Of a stretch of DNA of 53,089 nucleotides, positions 1 through 12,492 are shown in pieces (positions within the stretch are counted from its first letter, which is position 1; the number at the start of each line of letters is the position of its first letter). The stretch covers positions 1-53,089 of the forward strand of contig JYFJ02002687.1 of NCBI GenBank assembly GCA_000934665.2, in the 5' to 3' direction. This stretch comes from Catajapyx aquilonaris. Its lineage: Eukaryota. The notes beneath the pieces are model-generated. The model saw only the letters and a program-made list of their open reading frames with translations, had not been told where the DNA came from and searched no databases. A program made the position numbers and the translations under genes.

Positions 1-2
1 GC

Positions 3-65
3 ACCCTTCTCCCCATCCCCTTACCCCCATCACCAACCCCTTCTCCCCATCCCCATCCCCATTCC
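3..65 (+). repeat. C-rich simple repeat (CCCCAT-like units)
   Basis: Repeated CCCCAT units and a duplicated ACCC(C)TTCTCCCCATCCCC. Confidence 0.7.
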
Positions 66-2488
66 TATACCTATATCACCCCAAATTACCGTTACAAGTC
101 TATGCATCTCCATATATTCCCTAATTATGAACATTATGAGAGGTATTAAGTGTAATGCACTAGTTTTCTCTCGTGCCCATTAAAACCCTGTTTTCATAGT
201 TACACCCACTCCACTTCACCATATGCATGAAATGTATTAATTAATACCATCACACGCTTGCTATCCGTTCCGTTTCCAGAACATAGAAGAATGGTACTTG
301 CTCAACCGCAAATATCTATTTAACTGGCACTTTATGGTTCAAGACACCATTCCAGCCTTTAACTTCTACGGTATAAAGCAAAACAAACCCACCCGCTCGC
401 CAAATCGCATTATTTCCTATGTTTATGACCAGCTGTAAAATCTCAGCCAACTCATTTGATTCCAGTAAATTAAAATGCATCCGTTTCGATGTAGATGCGG
501 TTCCTAAGTACACCCACCCTCATTATGAACGTGGACAAAAAAAAAACCAACATTCACATCGATCTTTAGGCAAACAACCTTTCGTGACATTCACTCAACC
601 GGTACCTCATTCGTTATTGGCATCAACCTGTCCGGTCCATTTGTATAACTACACCCACCCTACCATCGCATCAATATACACATTATTACTCTTTAATTTT
701 TAATGCCATTTTCTTACATGAGAGGGTTCCCTAACTGCTCGAATGTGTACTTACCGAGTAATTAATCACGGTTTGATGAGCTGCCAGGAACTTTATGGGC
801 ATTCCCATGAACAAGCTGACCTATAACTGCGTAATAATTGCATTTTTAGTCCCGCAAAGTCAGGGTGGGGAGTGGTGGGTGGGGAGGGAATGCTTTAGTT
901 TCCCACTGCTCATTTTCGCTCATTTCTACCACACCTTTTCAGCATTACTGGAGAGCCGGCGGTTGGAAGCCAAATACGGGTCAATACGGAGGGGAAAGGG
1001 CTTGATTTGCACCCAAAACGAAGTGTTAATATATTGACGGATCGATTAAAAGACGTGAAAGGCGAGGAAAAAACCCACGTCTTCTGTGGTGAAATCATGA
1101 AACTTTCGGCAACTTTTATTTTCTTAATCCGTCCAACGCCATTCAAACTGCACGGAGCGTACAGTATGCATTATGCACGTCTTGTGCACACACGGTTGCC
1201 TCTTTTGCCGAGCAAACTTTCACCGCCTGATGCTAAATAGCCTTCTTAAAGGATTATAAAATGAGCTTACGTAAGGATGATCAACTTTGTGAGCCGCTGA
1301 AAAATAATCCGACCAGCTAACATTAATGAGCTGTTATTAGTGGTGAAGAGATGCGTGTAATACTGACACACCATGTCTGCTACAGGGCATGCATGCTTCG
1401 CATCAACAGTTCAAACAAAAAATGTGCGTCTATTATCATGAATTATAATTCATCATTAGCGTCGTTCATTGCTTATGTCATCATTGTCCGCATTTGAAGT
1501 TGACCATTGCAGAACCTATCCTTAGTGCAGGTGTCATTATTAATTGCTGCGTCACTTCAGATGTGTGTTAATTTTAATTTACTTCGTAAACATAAAAAAT
1601 TACATTAAAATACATTAGCCATTGCTATACGATTCAAGTAGTTATAATGCCAATGGGAAATTCGTGTAAAAGGGAACGACTGCACTATTAAGCAAGGGCT
1701 GTATATCGTACTCCGAACTCGAGCTATACACCAGCCACGATGCAAATATATACCTCATCCTTAGTTTCAGCATGTCTGCTTACACGACTCTGTATATTGT
1801 GGCAATTGCCTCAGTGTAGAAGTGCAGCACAACGACGCAACAATCCCGGAAATCCCGACTTCCCACCGCACACCTCTGGAATCTGTAATTATTCTCCCTC
1901 TAAACACTTTCGAGGAATACACTTCATTAGCGTCAAGTCTGCTCCAAATTATCCCTGGGAGTTCAGTCTTCATTAAACGATGCCAATCCCACATTAGACT
2001 GCACCGCCCCTCTCTCTCGCACGACACAATCAGTTCAGAAGTTTCCACCTGCATCTGGATGGGTTTCGAGTCTGGCTGGAGAGCAGACCTTCTGGGGTAT
2101 TCTGCTGGGACAAAACTAAAACAAGGCTGATGGTTCCAAGACGAAAATCAAGCTTTTATAAAACATCAGCGGGTTTCTCATTTTCCACGATAAACATGGA
2201 CCAGATTTAAGTGGACATTGCATCAGGGTGCTTACATTTGCCTCCAGTTAGACACAACAGTTGGCTTTCTCGATGTCAGAAAAAAACGTGATATAAATAA
2301 TACTCCTGTACAGTATCCGCAAAGTTGTACCACCGGCAGTACCAGTTTTTCCCCCGGGCTAAGTCGCCGTGGCCTGCTATACCAATGGTGTACCACAAAA
2401 ACCCTAATCGATGAACCGGCTTGACAGTGTAACAAAAACTATCCCGAACACACTATACCTACAAAAGGGTATCCGGAATACCAGGAAA

Positions 2489-2612
2489 TCCGGCTACCCG
2501 GACATACTAGTGGACGCGTTCATATAATATATGAACGCGTCCACTAGTATGTCCGGGTAGCCGGAGTAGGCCTAAGAGATGTCGTTAAGTTGACGACATC
2601 TCTTAGGCCTAC
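2489..2612. repeat. Two abutting perfect inverted repeats (38-bp and 20-bp arms)
   Basis: 2489-2526 / 2528-2565 are perfectly complementary (1-nt spacer); 2566-2585 / 2593-2612 are perfectly complementary (7-nt spacer). Confidence 0.95.
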
Positions 2613-2629
2613 ACAAACAAAATCAGTCA

Positions 2630-2900
2630 CATAATTACGACCTGTCAACAGTTTTTCAACACCCCTGTCATGGAAGGTTTGTGCATGGGCGATTTTCCCG
2701 AGAACTTTACAGCTCGGGCATGCCTTTTTAGAGAGCATAAAAGGTGGAAATCACTGGAAGCAAGAGCAGGACAAGAAGACTGTTTCAAGATCTCCTAGCA
2801 GAAAGCCACGGACTTACTACAGTTTATGGGCCGGTTTTGTCTGCAGGAGACAAATGCCTTCGCTTTCTTCCTCACAATTTTTCGGCTGGGAGATCGTGAA
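2630..2900 (-). mobile_element. Degraded mariner transposase relic
   Basis: Minus-strand fragments in correct order: CLLQ..(R)PH (~LLHDNARPH, 2852-2826), FC*EILKQSSCPALASSDFHL (~FGWEILPHPPYSPDLAPSDFHL, 2803-2741), TFHDRGVEKLL (~FYxRGIEKL, 2678-2646); frameshifts and stops present. Confidence 0.65.
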
Positions 2901-3836
2901 TCACCCTCCTTCGTGTCCTGACCTTGCACCCATTGACATCTACCTCTTGGTTGCCTTTTAAAAAATGCAATGTCCGGAAGGTTCTCATCGAAAAGGTGCA
3001 GGGTGGTCCAACGCGAAAAGCCTTCCACAACAGGGATTTTAACCTCTTCTAGTGCAGCAATGTCTCCGGAGGACATCTTGAGAAATAGGAAAGGATGGGT
3101 ACACCTCCACTTAGCTATCCCAGTTGTCACACTAATACAATATCTGACACAAAACACTGTAATACAACGGACCATGGTCAAAACCTATCACAACTTTAAT
3201 AATTCATTCCATCACTAACAATAGCAATCAAAATTCTATATTACTTAAAAATCTTCTTACACACACCACCCACAAAACGTTACATTAAACTATACACCGC
3301 GACTGTACTGCTGGCAACGCAGCACATCATAACGCTTTCAACTCTGCAATTAACACAGAAAATCCTAGTGGATGAGCACAATGCTGTATGACTTCATTCA
3401 CAATTAATTCATATGCCACGCCACAGCTCATGTCCTGTATATTCCAACTGAAAACCTGTCAATTGTGCTACCTGACAAATAAGACTAATCTCATTGCAAA
3501 CTGTATAGAATAGGCTATGGTGTAAAATCAGTTCTCCCCCACCCCTCCCCAAAAACACGACCCGGAATAATAGTATTAATAAGTAAATTAGTAAATCTCC
3601 CAATATTACTAGTGACAAAAAAGTAGGCTACTTCATGGGTCAAACCAAGTCCATGCGATAGGGGAAACATCACATACACTGATCTCTCCCATGTGTATAG
3701 GATCGGCCCCACTCCGATCACGCACTTGAACACGCCCTGGTTTATTTACCCACATAAACAGCGTCCCCAGCCATAAATCAGATAAAACCGCAGCAGCAGC
3801 GATTGAGCTAATTCAGCCCTACCCGTAATGACAACA

Positions 3837-3860
3837 GGGGGGGGGGGGGGGGGGGGGGGN
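3837..3860. other. Poly-G run ending in an N (assembly ambiguity or join)
   Basis: 23 G followed by n at 3860. Confidence 0.9.
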
Positions 3861-6647
3861 CGTGCTAAGTAACACTAATTGCAACTATTCCGCCACACAA
3901 ACAGCCCGCGAAATTGAATGTTGGACACCGCAAAACGAATTACGCGCCGTTAATTGTCTAACTAACACGCGGTGAAATTAAGCTTACACAACTACATCCA
4001 TTACGCTGTTTCACTCGTGTGACCCGGAACCTTACATGTGGAAACCGAGAGAAAATTGTCAAGGGTATGTCGTGGGTTACACAAGACGACACTATCGCCC
4101 ACGAAGAAAACCTTTCGGTGCAACTACGGTGGAGAAGGCACGTTTTAAGTCACGACCTATATCCTGTGACAGCTTTACAAGAGCCGTGTATTTCCCGTAC
4201 CAAAAGCCCTAAAATCTCGCCTGACAGACGACACCAAATCTCTCGTCGTCAACCTCAACTTTCAGGGGGAAATCCTACTAGCACTCCGACAAAACAGGGT
4301 GTAAAGCACCACCTCACTCTGCTTCCTCCTCCCGCCAATCCTCCCATCAACTTACATCCAGACACACTCCACACCCGCTTCTGCATACATCGGCTGTTTA
4401 TCTTTCAACATGACACTTTTTTTTTAAAAAAAAAATCACGTTTCTCTGACAACTCAAAAAGTTCCGTTGCGTCAAATACAGTTGCTGATACTGAACAGGA
4501 ACGTGGATGACATATTCAAAATTGAAAATTCAGTTTACTAATTTGTTGTCATTTTTTAAAACTGACACTCACACGACTTCCATCAATGTGTTTGACAAGT
4601 ACCAGCATGTGTGGTATTCGTACAAAAAAGGGCAATGTCACCTGATTTCACTATAGTACATGCCAGCACTCTGGTCACCTTCTGATGTGGTGTTGGATCA
4701 ATGAGGCATCACTTTTGTCACACATGCCGACTGGATATTGGTACGGAAACGTGCCTTCAGTGCCGTTGTAAAACCGGATTAACAGGCCCAGTTGCGCATT
4801 GCCAAAGAGAATCCATTATTTTCGGGAATGCTCGGACAAAAAGTAGTGCATGTAAGGGGTGGGCCATGCTCTATATTCGGCTCTGGTTTTTACAACGCTG
4901 GAAAATGGGGGATTGCCCACACTGAATTCTAATTCTGTTACACGGGCTTCTCATCATTTTCTCTAGCCCCCTGACGACAGGATCCACAATAGCCTTTTCA
5001 GTGCCCTGTTGAGCTCAGCTTCCAACTGTGGGAAAGGCTTAATAACCTTTAATCAATGACAAGTTTCGCCAGCGCCGTTAACTTGATTTAGGGAGCTCAG
5101 TGGACGAAGTCAAAAAGTGCACAAAGAAATTCCCTTTCCCCTAATCCTGTACAGGCTTTCCAGATGAGAAGACTTGCCCAGAGGAGCTTTTATTGCGTTA
5201 TAATACCGCTCTTATAATGGATGAAGTAAATGGGAAATTGTATAAGGGCTATTAATAGATGAGACCTTTTTTGGTAGGCACACCTCATAGGACTCCAAGG
5301 GCATGAGAAAATGTCAATATTTCGTACTTCCAGCATTAAAATAATTTTTCAAACATTTTCCCGCACTGAGAATCATTGCAGAGCTCCGCAATTTTGTGTG
5401 CAGTAGTTAGTGTGCCACAACCGCAAAAAAAAATTAAGCCCGAGTAAAAACTGTGCCCATCGAGGGCCTCCTCCGCGGCACCTAAATGGATACAGACAAT
5501 CACCGTTGTATAATGGGATTTCCACAGGAGTTTTCTATCGTGCCTGCCCGGACTGAACCAATATCGTGGGATAAAGGGGACGGGAGGGATGAAAGCGCAT
5601 TGGCAAAATCATTATCTAGGTATCTCAATGGACGGCTAATTATTGGAGTAAATTCTCCACTCCTACTTAGGACGTAATGAGTCAAGTCTCAATGCGATAC
5701 AAAAACTTTCAGCTTGGTCTATTGTTGCTTGTGGCTTGATGGCGGAAGAGAAGGATGCAAAATGGACCAAGCCATGGATAATCCTTACTAATTCAAAAAT
5801 CGTTAAAGGCCAAGACACAGACCAAACTGTGCTGGAAAAATATAGAGTAAGTTGCGTCATCCATTATCTGAAATTGTGTCCTCACCAACAAACAATCTTT
5901 GACACTTTCTTGAGGCATCAAATTATACATTTAACACCGAGTTTAACACGCACTGCACCGCTGTAAAGACAGGCTACAAGAAGCAGATCATTTAGCCGGC
6001 GGTATACATTTTCGGTTTCCCAATGAGAAAATTTTGTCTTCCGATAATAAGAGTGGAGCAGTGATCGTCACTGGTGGAGTTCTGTCAATTCTAGGCATGC
6101 TTATCATTGATGTCACTTGAGGGGTTGCTGGTGACAAGGTGGGGCAAACACCATCTTCAGAGTTAATTTTATGGCATTTGTGAATTTCGCTTTCGACGCA
6201 GAACAATATATGGTTCAGTTACCTCCTAAATGGCAAATGGGTCAAATTCTTTGCTTTGTTGGAGTATAGTTACTAATTTTATGTAGCACCCAATGAAAAA
6301 CACTGCTACGCTTTACCATCATGGTTTATAACAGCACCTCCTTACTGCTGTACAGTAGCTACACGTTCAGAAAATGAAAGGGACTGTCTGACTCTCGAGC
6401 TGATGCACTGAGACGAGATACATTTCCCTCCAACACTGTGCATCCAAACTTATCCAGAACTGCAGGCATATGCGATATGCCCACTTCAGAATTCGCTGGG
6501 GCAAGCTGAAGCTCATTTCATATTAATGAATGCACTTTCGCTCATCAAGAGTAAAACATTCCCATACCATAATATTTGCCTAACTTATTCCAGGGTATAG
6601 CAATCTAAGCAATAATCACTGATTTGAGATTGGTTATTATTTCACAG

Positions 6648-6880
6648 GCTTCTTCCCCCTCCCAGCGAGCTACTGCCTGGCATGGCTGAGCCTGGATGTG
6701 CTGCTGTGCACCGCCTCAATTCTGCATATGGCTGCCCTCAGCGTGGATAGGTTCCTGAGCCTCCGTTTCCCAATGCGCTTCGGCCGCCACAAGAGCCGCA
6801 GAAGAGTGGCCCTGCAGGTGGCAGGAGTCTGGCTTCTTTCCCTCGCCATTAGCCTTCCTCTCGTCCTCAAGTACTCAAAG
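6648..6880 (+). CDS. 5-HT2B: 5-HT2-type serotonin receptor (5-HT2B/2beta-like), internal exon encoding ECL1-TM3-ICL2-TM4
   Basis: Acceptor ttcacAG (6646-6647), donor AAG|GTATAA (6881). Translation FFPLPASYCLAWLSLDVLLCTASILHMAALSVDRFLSLRFPMRFGRHKSRRRVALQVAGVWLLSLAISLPLVLKYSK has the aminergic TM3 Asp (D3.32), a DRF motif and the LRxPMRFGRxKxRRRV loop typical of arthropod 5-HT2B. TM1-TM2 exons were not found in the window. Confidence 0.9.
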
Positions 6881-9800
6881 GTATAATGTGCTCCTGCTCT
6901 TTTCGCGGGCCTTCTGCGCCAAAACTGCTCCATAACTTGTGCCGGAAAGGAGGGCTCGTCTTTTAGATTTAAAAAACACCAGCCCTGCTCTAACAAGCGG
7001 TGTTATTCCCTCGGTGAGATCAGAATATTTTGGACACAATCCCTGCTTTACGTTATCAATGATTTCTCCCCCAAAAATTTTTTTAAACGTGGGAACTTAA
7101 TACTTTAACTCTCATTAATATGAGAGAACAGGTCGATAATAACACCGGGCTTTGACTAGAACTTATCAGCTTACGTGCCACAGATATAACTACCTATAAG
7201 CACATAAGGGCAGTCACTGAAGCAGCAAAGGCGCTTAAATATAATAAGATCCTCAAATGTCCGTATAACTTCTACCTAGGAGATAAACCCATCAAAGTTG
7301 CCCGTGCACAGGTACCCAACCGGAATGAAGGTCGTCGCTGAAATTGCACGTTGCATGTCTAATTTAAACAGTGTAACTGGCCCTTTAAGCTACGCATCGT
7401 ATGTCAACAGCCGTGCCGCTGAAGGTTCGAGATTATTCACGCTCCAAGCGTAAGGTTTGCCTTTTATAGCCATCCTTTATCCACCTACGAAGCATGACGA
7501 TAGCATATTAAAACTTATTCACTTCGCCTGAGGAAATCCATCCCCCTAAGTAACTTCACCGGTTATTTGCCCGATCAATCAATAATAATTTAATTTTAAA
7601 AACCTAACATCATCGCTACCTCCCATCCAAAAACTTGCTCATTACCATATCAATTACCCTATAGTGCAGCTTTAAAAAACGCAACAAAAATCTTGGCCGT
7701 GAAAAAGCTCAAAGGGCATGATGCAACGGCGCAAATTCCTCCAGAGTGCAAACTTTCCCCCGCATTAATTCCCAAGCTAAGCTAGCGAACGGGCAAGCAG
7801 GCATTTATGCACCAGACAACAGCTGCTCCAGACTGAATCAGCTGTATATTTAAGACGTTTTAAGAGAACGCCCTAATTAACGGGGGAAAAGGCCTTACTT
7901 TCCTATCACTCCAGGTCGCGGCAAAATCCCGCGCAACGCGGGGCAGTAAACGAGCTCGAGATCACCAGATTTTGAACCGGGGCCAAAACAGCTCTGGGAA
8001 CGTGCAAAACGGGGGTCGAGATGGTGGGGGTATCCTGGTGGCGGGCTCCTGGATTGTGACTAGGCTTAAAATGAAACTCCGCTTCGGCGCCTCGTTATAT
8101 AAGATTAAACTACCACAGCCGGAATTTGTGTCCTATTTAATAACATCGCCTTGATGCCGCTGGGGGTCGCAACATTTTGAGAGCGTCTTGGGTACCAAAC
8201 CATGCCAAAAAAAAACAGTACATCATACTCGATCCCAGTGTCGCCATGATATTGCAGCATCCGGCACGGAACAGTTACCAACTTCGCTTTTTTCGGTACA
8301 AAGTGCGCAGTGAACCAATCGCTCACGTTAAATCTCGTCATGCGGATCATCCAGGAATGAGCCACCACAGAAACTGCCTGATTCATCATATGGAGGTTGA
8401 AGTCCGATTATGCCATAGTGCTGATATCGGATGAAAAGTACCGATCAATTCGTCGGGATTTCGCATACGATGGAACTGCACAATGCATTCTTATTACTGG
8501 CGCCATACTGTATGCTACGAATGCTATTTGGAGTGTACGCTCCAACGGAGGTTATTTTCAATTACAAGTTCAGCCCCCATACAATATCGAGGTTGTGCCA
8601 ATCAGTCGGGAGCCTGTAGCTCTGTAATGTGCTGCGTGAATGCAATTCGCATACAGGTATAGTACGTTTCAAATTAATGCGCGTATTTGTTGTCAGTCAC
8701 TGTCTAATTGGCATCTATGTACCAGAATGGTTAACCGTCGTTAGAGCTACGCTGATGGAGTTGCATAACTAATATGTTTAGGATGCAGGCAAGGCGTCAA
8801 CAGTACACTGAAATATACCATAACCACAAAACCCAAACTCGATTATAATCGTAGGTAACTGCTAAATTCAGCTGCCGCAGGGCCTCTATAGGACAGATGC
8901 ACACAGTAAAATTTATCACATGATGGGAGCCAAACTTAAAATAAACAACTCTCATCTGCAAATATTTGTCAATACTTGTGATGTAAGGACGCCCAATTAT
9001 CGACACGACAAACTTCATGTGACTCGGTTCAACATCCAATTACCCTCTCACAACATCCCCATAGGTTAGTTAGGTTCTGTCCATTTTGAAACTGCACTGA
9101 AAGTTTGGGCCTAGATGCTATGGTAACTCACTGCAATCTCCTTCTTGATTGGTTATGACCCTATACTGTCACACACCACCATCTGCATATGATTTTCCAA
9201 TGTAAACTGAATCTGCTTCTGGCACTAAAGTCTGTCCGGTACTGGTCTATGCAAAAGATGCGGCAAAATATCCGAGGATAGGGCAGTAATGACGGTGACT
9301 GTAGCCTCAAAATGGCGTAGTGTGTTCAAACCTCATATGCATATTCGAATTCTGTATAGGTTTCAACATTGTCGACTACACAATTAATCGAGCCATTCGT
9401 ACCTCATCTGTTACAGCTCCCCTTGTTGAAAAATGGGTAATGAAATGAGATTCGGCACACTGTACAGCTCGCATGTCATTACATATTGAATGACACAATG
9501 GCTAAGGTGGCATATAAATCCGTACTATTTTACTCGATTTCACCAACTAGCACATAACTGTTAATGCATTGCCGTAGATGCGGTATTCAAGCGGATGATA
9601 TAAAACACGTGCCTAGAAAAGAACCAGTATTTGCTAGAACTGTGAAATCTCCAGCTTGCAAGTTCCCAGTTAATTTGGCAGTATTGTCGGACCGCTTTAA
9701 TAAAGACGTAAATTACGACCCCCTTTTTCGGTAGTTTCAGCCTTCCGGCTTTTTAATATTAACGCGCCGCGTGATCAACGGTCTCTCCCGCACCAGCTAA

Positions 9801-10051
9801 TTGCGCTTGAAGGAGGCAATCCACATTTAATCGCACGATCCACTACAGAACTGACGAGCAGAAAAATAATTTGAATACCGATCCAAATCACCGTCAAACA
9901 CTGAAATGGCAAAATCATTCAGTGCCATGCAGTTACTTGTACCTACACCATTACTGTCAATAGCAGTATAATGGACAATTACAAAACTGCTTCAAGTAGT
10001 CCTAATGCAATTTTTGGCCAATAAATTAGCGGCGTAATTGTCCCCCTGCAG

Positions 10052-12361
10052 GAACCGGACAGCATGCTGGTGAGCGGCACCTGTCTCATCCCCGACCCCG
10101 TCTTCCGCCTGATTGGCTCCACCATCTGCTTCTACATCCCTCTCTTCATCATGATGACCACCTACGCCCTAACCGTCCGTCTGCTCCGTCGACAGCAGCA
10201 GCAGCTGGGGGGATCTTTCACCACCAAGTCGTCGTCAGCGTCGTCCACGCCGCACCGGAGGTCAGTCAGGGGCAGTGGCTTCAGCCTGCCGCGTTGCCAG
10301 TCTTCCCCTTTGATGAGGCATCCGCAACAGCCGGAGACTGCGGCAGCGGCTGCAGCAGCTGTGGCAGCCGCGGCTGTGGCAGTAGCCACCAGGGTCGGCA
10401 ACAGCGACAACTGCCTCCCGGTTAACAGGACCGAAGGTACAGAGGAGACCACGTTCGTTGCCGCGTACGACCTGCCGACGTCGTCATCGCTGGCTGAAGC
10501 GCAGAGGGCCAAGCGGCTGTCTTCCGTCCGCAAGATGCTCCAATCGAGGCTGTGGATTCTGACCCGCCACATACGTAATAAGGAATCTCAGGACAAGTGG
10601 GATCCTTGCAAGTGCACACTGACATACCCGGAGAAGAACATGTTGGTGGAGAGTGACCCTCCGTCGAACTTGTCTCCGCCGCTCGACTCCTCATACGCAC
10701 AGCAGGACCATGCTGCCTCAAAATGCCCGACCCCAATTCTCAAAAAGTTCAGAAAGAGAGCTAGCCGGTTTCGTCGTGAGAGGCGCGCCCAGTGCACAGA
10801 AGTCGCGAATCAGGAACAAGGTGTGGTCCAAGACGGTGAGGAGGAATCGGAAGATAATTTTTTTATGAGTGTGGATGTGGCTGAGTTAACGAGGCACTCG
10901 ATGTACGAAACGACCGAGTACGATTCCAAACTGCAACAAATGTTCCCGAAGCAAGAATCGCCCGAACCATCGCACAACCTCCCAGTCGGTCCTCATCGCA
11001 GTCAATCGGGTCCGAGCGGCTTTCATCCTATCTCAACTGCGTCTAAAGTGTCCAGCGATTCCAACAACTCGGACTCAAGCTGCACCTCAAGTCCAGCGTC
11101 CGTCCACCTCAGTAGCAGCATGTCCGAACCAACGAGGCTGGACAAGAGCACGGTGGTGGTCGACAGTGACCGTCTTGGATTCTACCGGCAGCTCGGAACA
11201 GACGACAGTGACAACCGCGAGGACAAGGCAGACGACGACGTGTTTCAAAACAGCAATTCTGAACCAGCCCTGAATGTAAAGTGTCAAGTTCCTTCAACGG
11301 GAAAGATCACTCATTGTGTTCCAGATGGAAGTGACGTGTCCTCCGTCGAGTTTCCCCTCCCAAAGTGTCGTTGCCCCTACTTCGGTGACTCCCCCCCTAC
11401 AACCGGGCCCTCCTTCCTCAACACCGAAGTCATCCTGGTAAGGAACGAAAACCACAATGGGTGGGTAGTTCGTCCCACCACCCCTTTCGAGTTGCAAGAC
11501 ATGTCAGCTCCCCCTCAGCAGCACGCCTCACCTCACCAGTCTCTTGTCGGCGGCAGCAGCCCTCTGAACAAGAGTCCATCTCGCAGAAGCAGCTCTCTGG
11601 CCTACCAAGACGTGGTGGTGATGGGTGGCTCTCCGGAAACGGGTCCTTCTGCCCCACCTTCGCCCCTTCCTGTAATCAAGGCCAAGGTGGACGTCTCCCC
11701 CACCCTGATTCCAAACCTGATGGTGGCGGGCGTGCCCGGGTTGAAAGACCTGGCATGTCCCCGCAGCGAGTGTCACTCCAACTGCCACTCCCGTCTGATT
11801 CTCCCCCAGCATCCCCTGGACACTCTCTCCCTTCCAGGTCGTCCTCCACCCGTGCTTCCCGCACCTCTTCCCCGTTCCTCCTTCGGCAACCACGACCGAC
11901 ACTCCTGGAAGCTCACTTTCCGGAAGCAGCGACAGAATGCTGACGACTCCAGCGACGGCACGGGCAGCTGCCATGGCTCCCTCCTGCGTCGCAACCGCGG
12001 GAACAAGGCAACTTTGGGCGGCCGAAGACGAGGCCACAGCGACGTCACATGGCGGAACTCGTCCAGGCATGGCCGCACGTTGCATTTAGAGCAAAAAGCC
12101 ACCAAGGTGCTGGGAGTGGTCTTCATGGCCTTCGTGGTGCTTTGGTCCCCTTTCTTCGTGCTCAACCTGGTCCCCGCCGCTTGTCCGGACTGCGAGGACA
12201 GCATCAGCGGACGCGCGATAGATCTCGTCACTTGGCTCGGATACGCTTCCTCCGCCGTCAACCCCGTGCTTTACACGGTTGTCAATAAGGCCTTCCGACA
12301 AGCTTTCCGGAGAGTTTTACTATGTCGCTACAGGGGACGCCCGTGCTACCGTTACTGTTAG
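10052..12361 (+). CDS. 5-HT2B: 5-HT2-type serotonin receptor, 2.3-kb terminal exon (ECL2, TM5, ~640-aa ICL3, TM6, TM7, C-tail)
   Basis: Acceptor ccctgcAG (10050-10051) is phase 0 with the upstream exon ([34 protein letters not shown]). TM6 [25 protein letters not shown]7 [14 protein letters not shown], stop TAG 12359-12361. Confidence 0.92.
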   Translation, partial: EPDSMLVSGTCLIPDPVFRLIGSTICFYIPLFIMMTTYALTVRLLRRQQQQLGGSFTTKSSSASSTPHRRSVRGSGFSLPRCQSSPLMRHPQQPETAAAAAAAVAAAAVAVATRVGNSDNCLPVNRTEGTEETTFVAAYDLPTSSSLAEAQRAKRLSSVRKMLQSRLWILTRHIRNKESQDKWDPCKCTLTYPEKNMLVESDPPSNLSPPLDSSYAQQDHAASKCPTPILKKFRKRASRFRRERRAQCTEVANQEQGVVQDGEEESEDNFFMSVDVAELTRHSMYETTEYDSKLQQMFPKQESPEPSHNLPVGPHRSQSGPSGFHPISTASKVSSDSNNSDSSCTSSPASVHLSSSMSEPTRLDKSTVVVDSDRLGFYRQLGTDDSDNREDKADDDVFQNSNSEPALNVKCQVPSTGKITHCVPDGSDVSSVEFPLPKCRCPYFGDSPPTTGPSFLNTEVILVRNENHNGWVVRPTTPFELQDMSAPPQQHASPHQSLVGGSSPLNKSPSRRSSSLAYQDVVVMGGSPETGPSAPPSPLPVIKAKVDVSPTLIPNLMVAGVPGLKDLACPRSECHSNCHSRLILPQHPLDTLSLPGRPPPVLPAPLPRSSFGNHDRHSWKLTFRKQRQNADDSSDGTGSCHGSLLRRNRGNKATLGGRRRGHSDVTWRNSSRHGRTLHLEQKATKVLGVVFMAFVVLWSPFFVLNLVPAACPDCEDSISGRAIDLVTWLGYASSAVNPVLYTVVNKAFRQAFRRVLLCRYRGRPCYRYC

Positions 12362-12486
12362 GCAGACTTTTTTTTTGACAGGGAACGTATTCCTTGTCAG
12401 ATTCGTGCAGCTGTGATTTTGCCCTACCATCTGACATTGTTGTAATCAAAAAGCAGGACACGAAAAAAAAAAAAATCATCATGTTC

Positions 12487-12492
12487 AATAAA
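12487..12492 (+). terminator. Candidate polyadenylation signal of the receptor gene
   Basis: AATAAA ~125 nt after the receptor stop codon. Confidence 0.45.

Noticed and set aside
1767..2054. Possible Penelope-like RT relic on - (FRGRI...GV..(GS).ISGIVA)
   Set aside because: Resemblance needs frameshifts and covers one short motif; not supportable without an HMM search.
10162..12301. Many antisense and alternate-frame ORFs over the receptor exon
   Set aside because: Expected shadows of a GC-rich coding exon; no recognisable domains.
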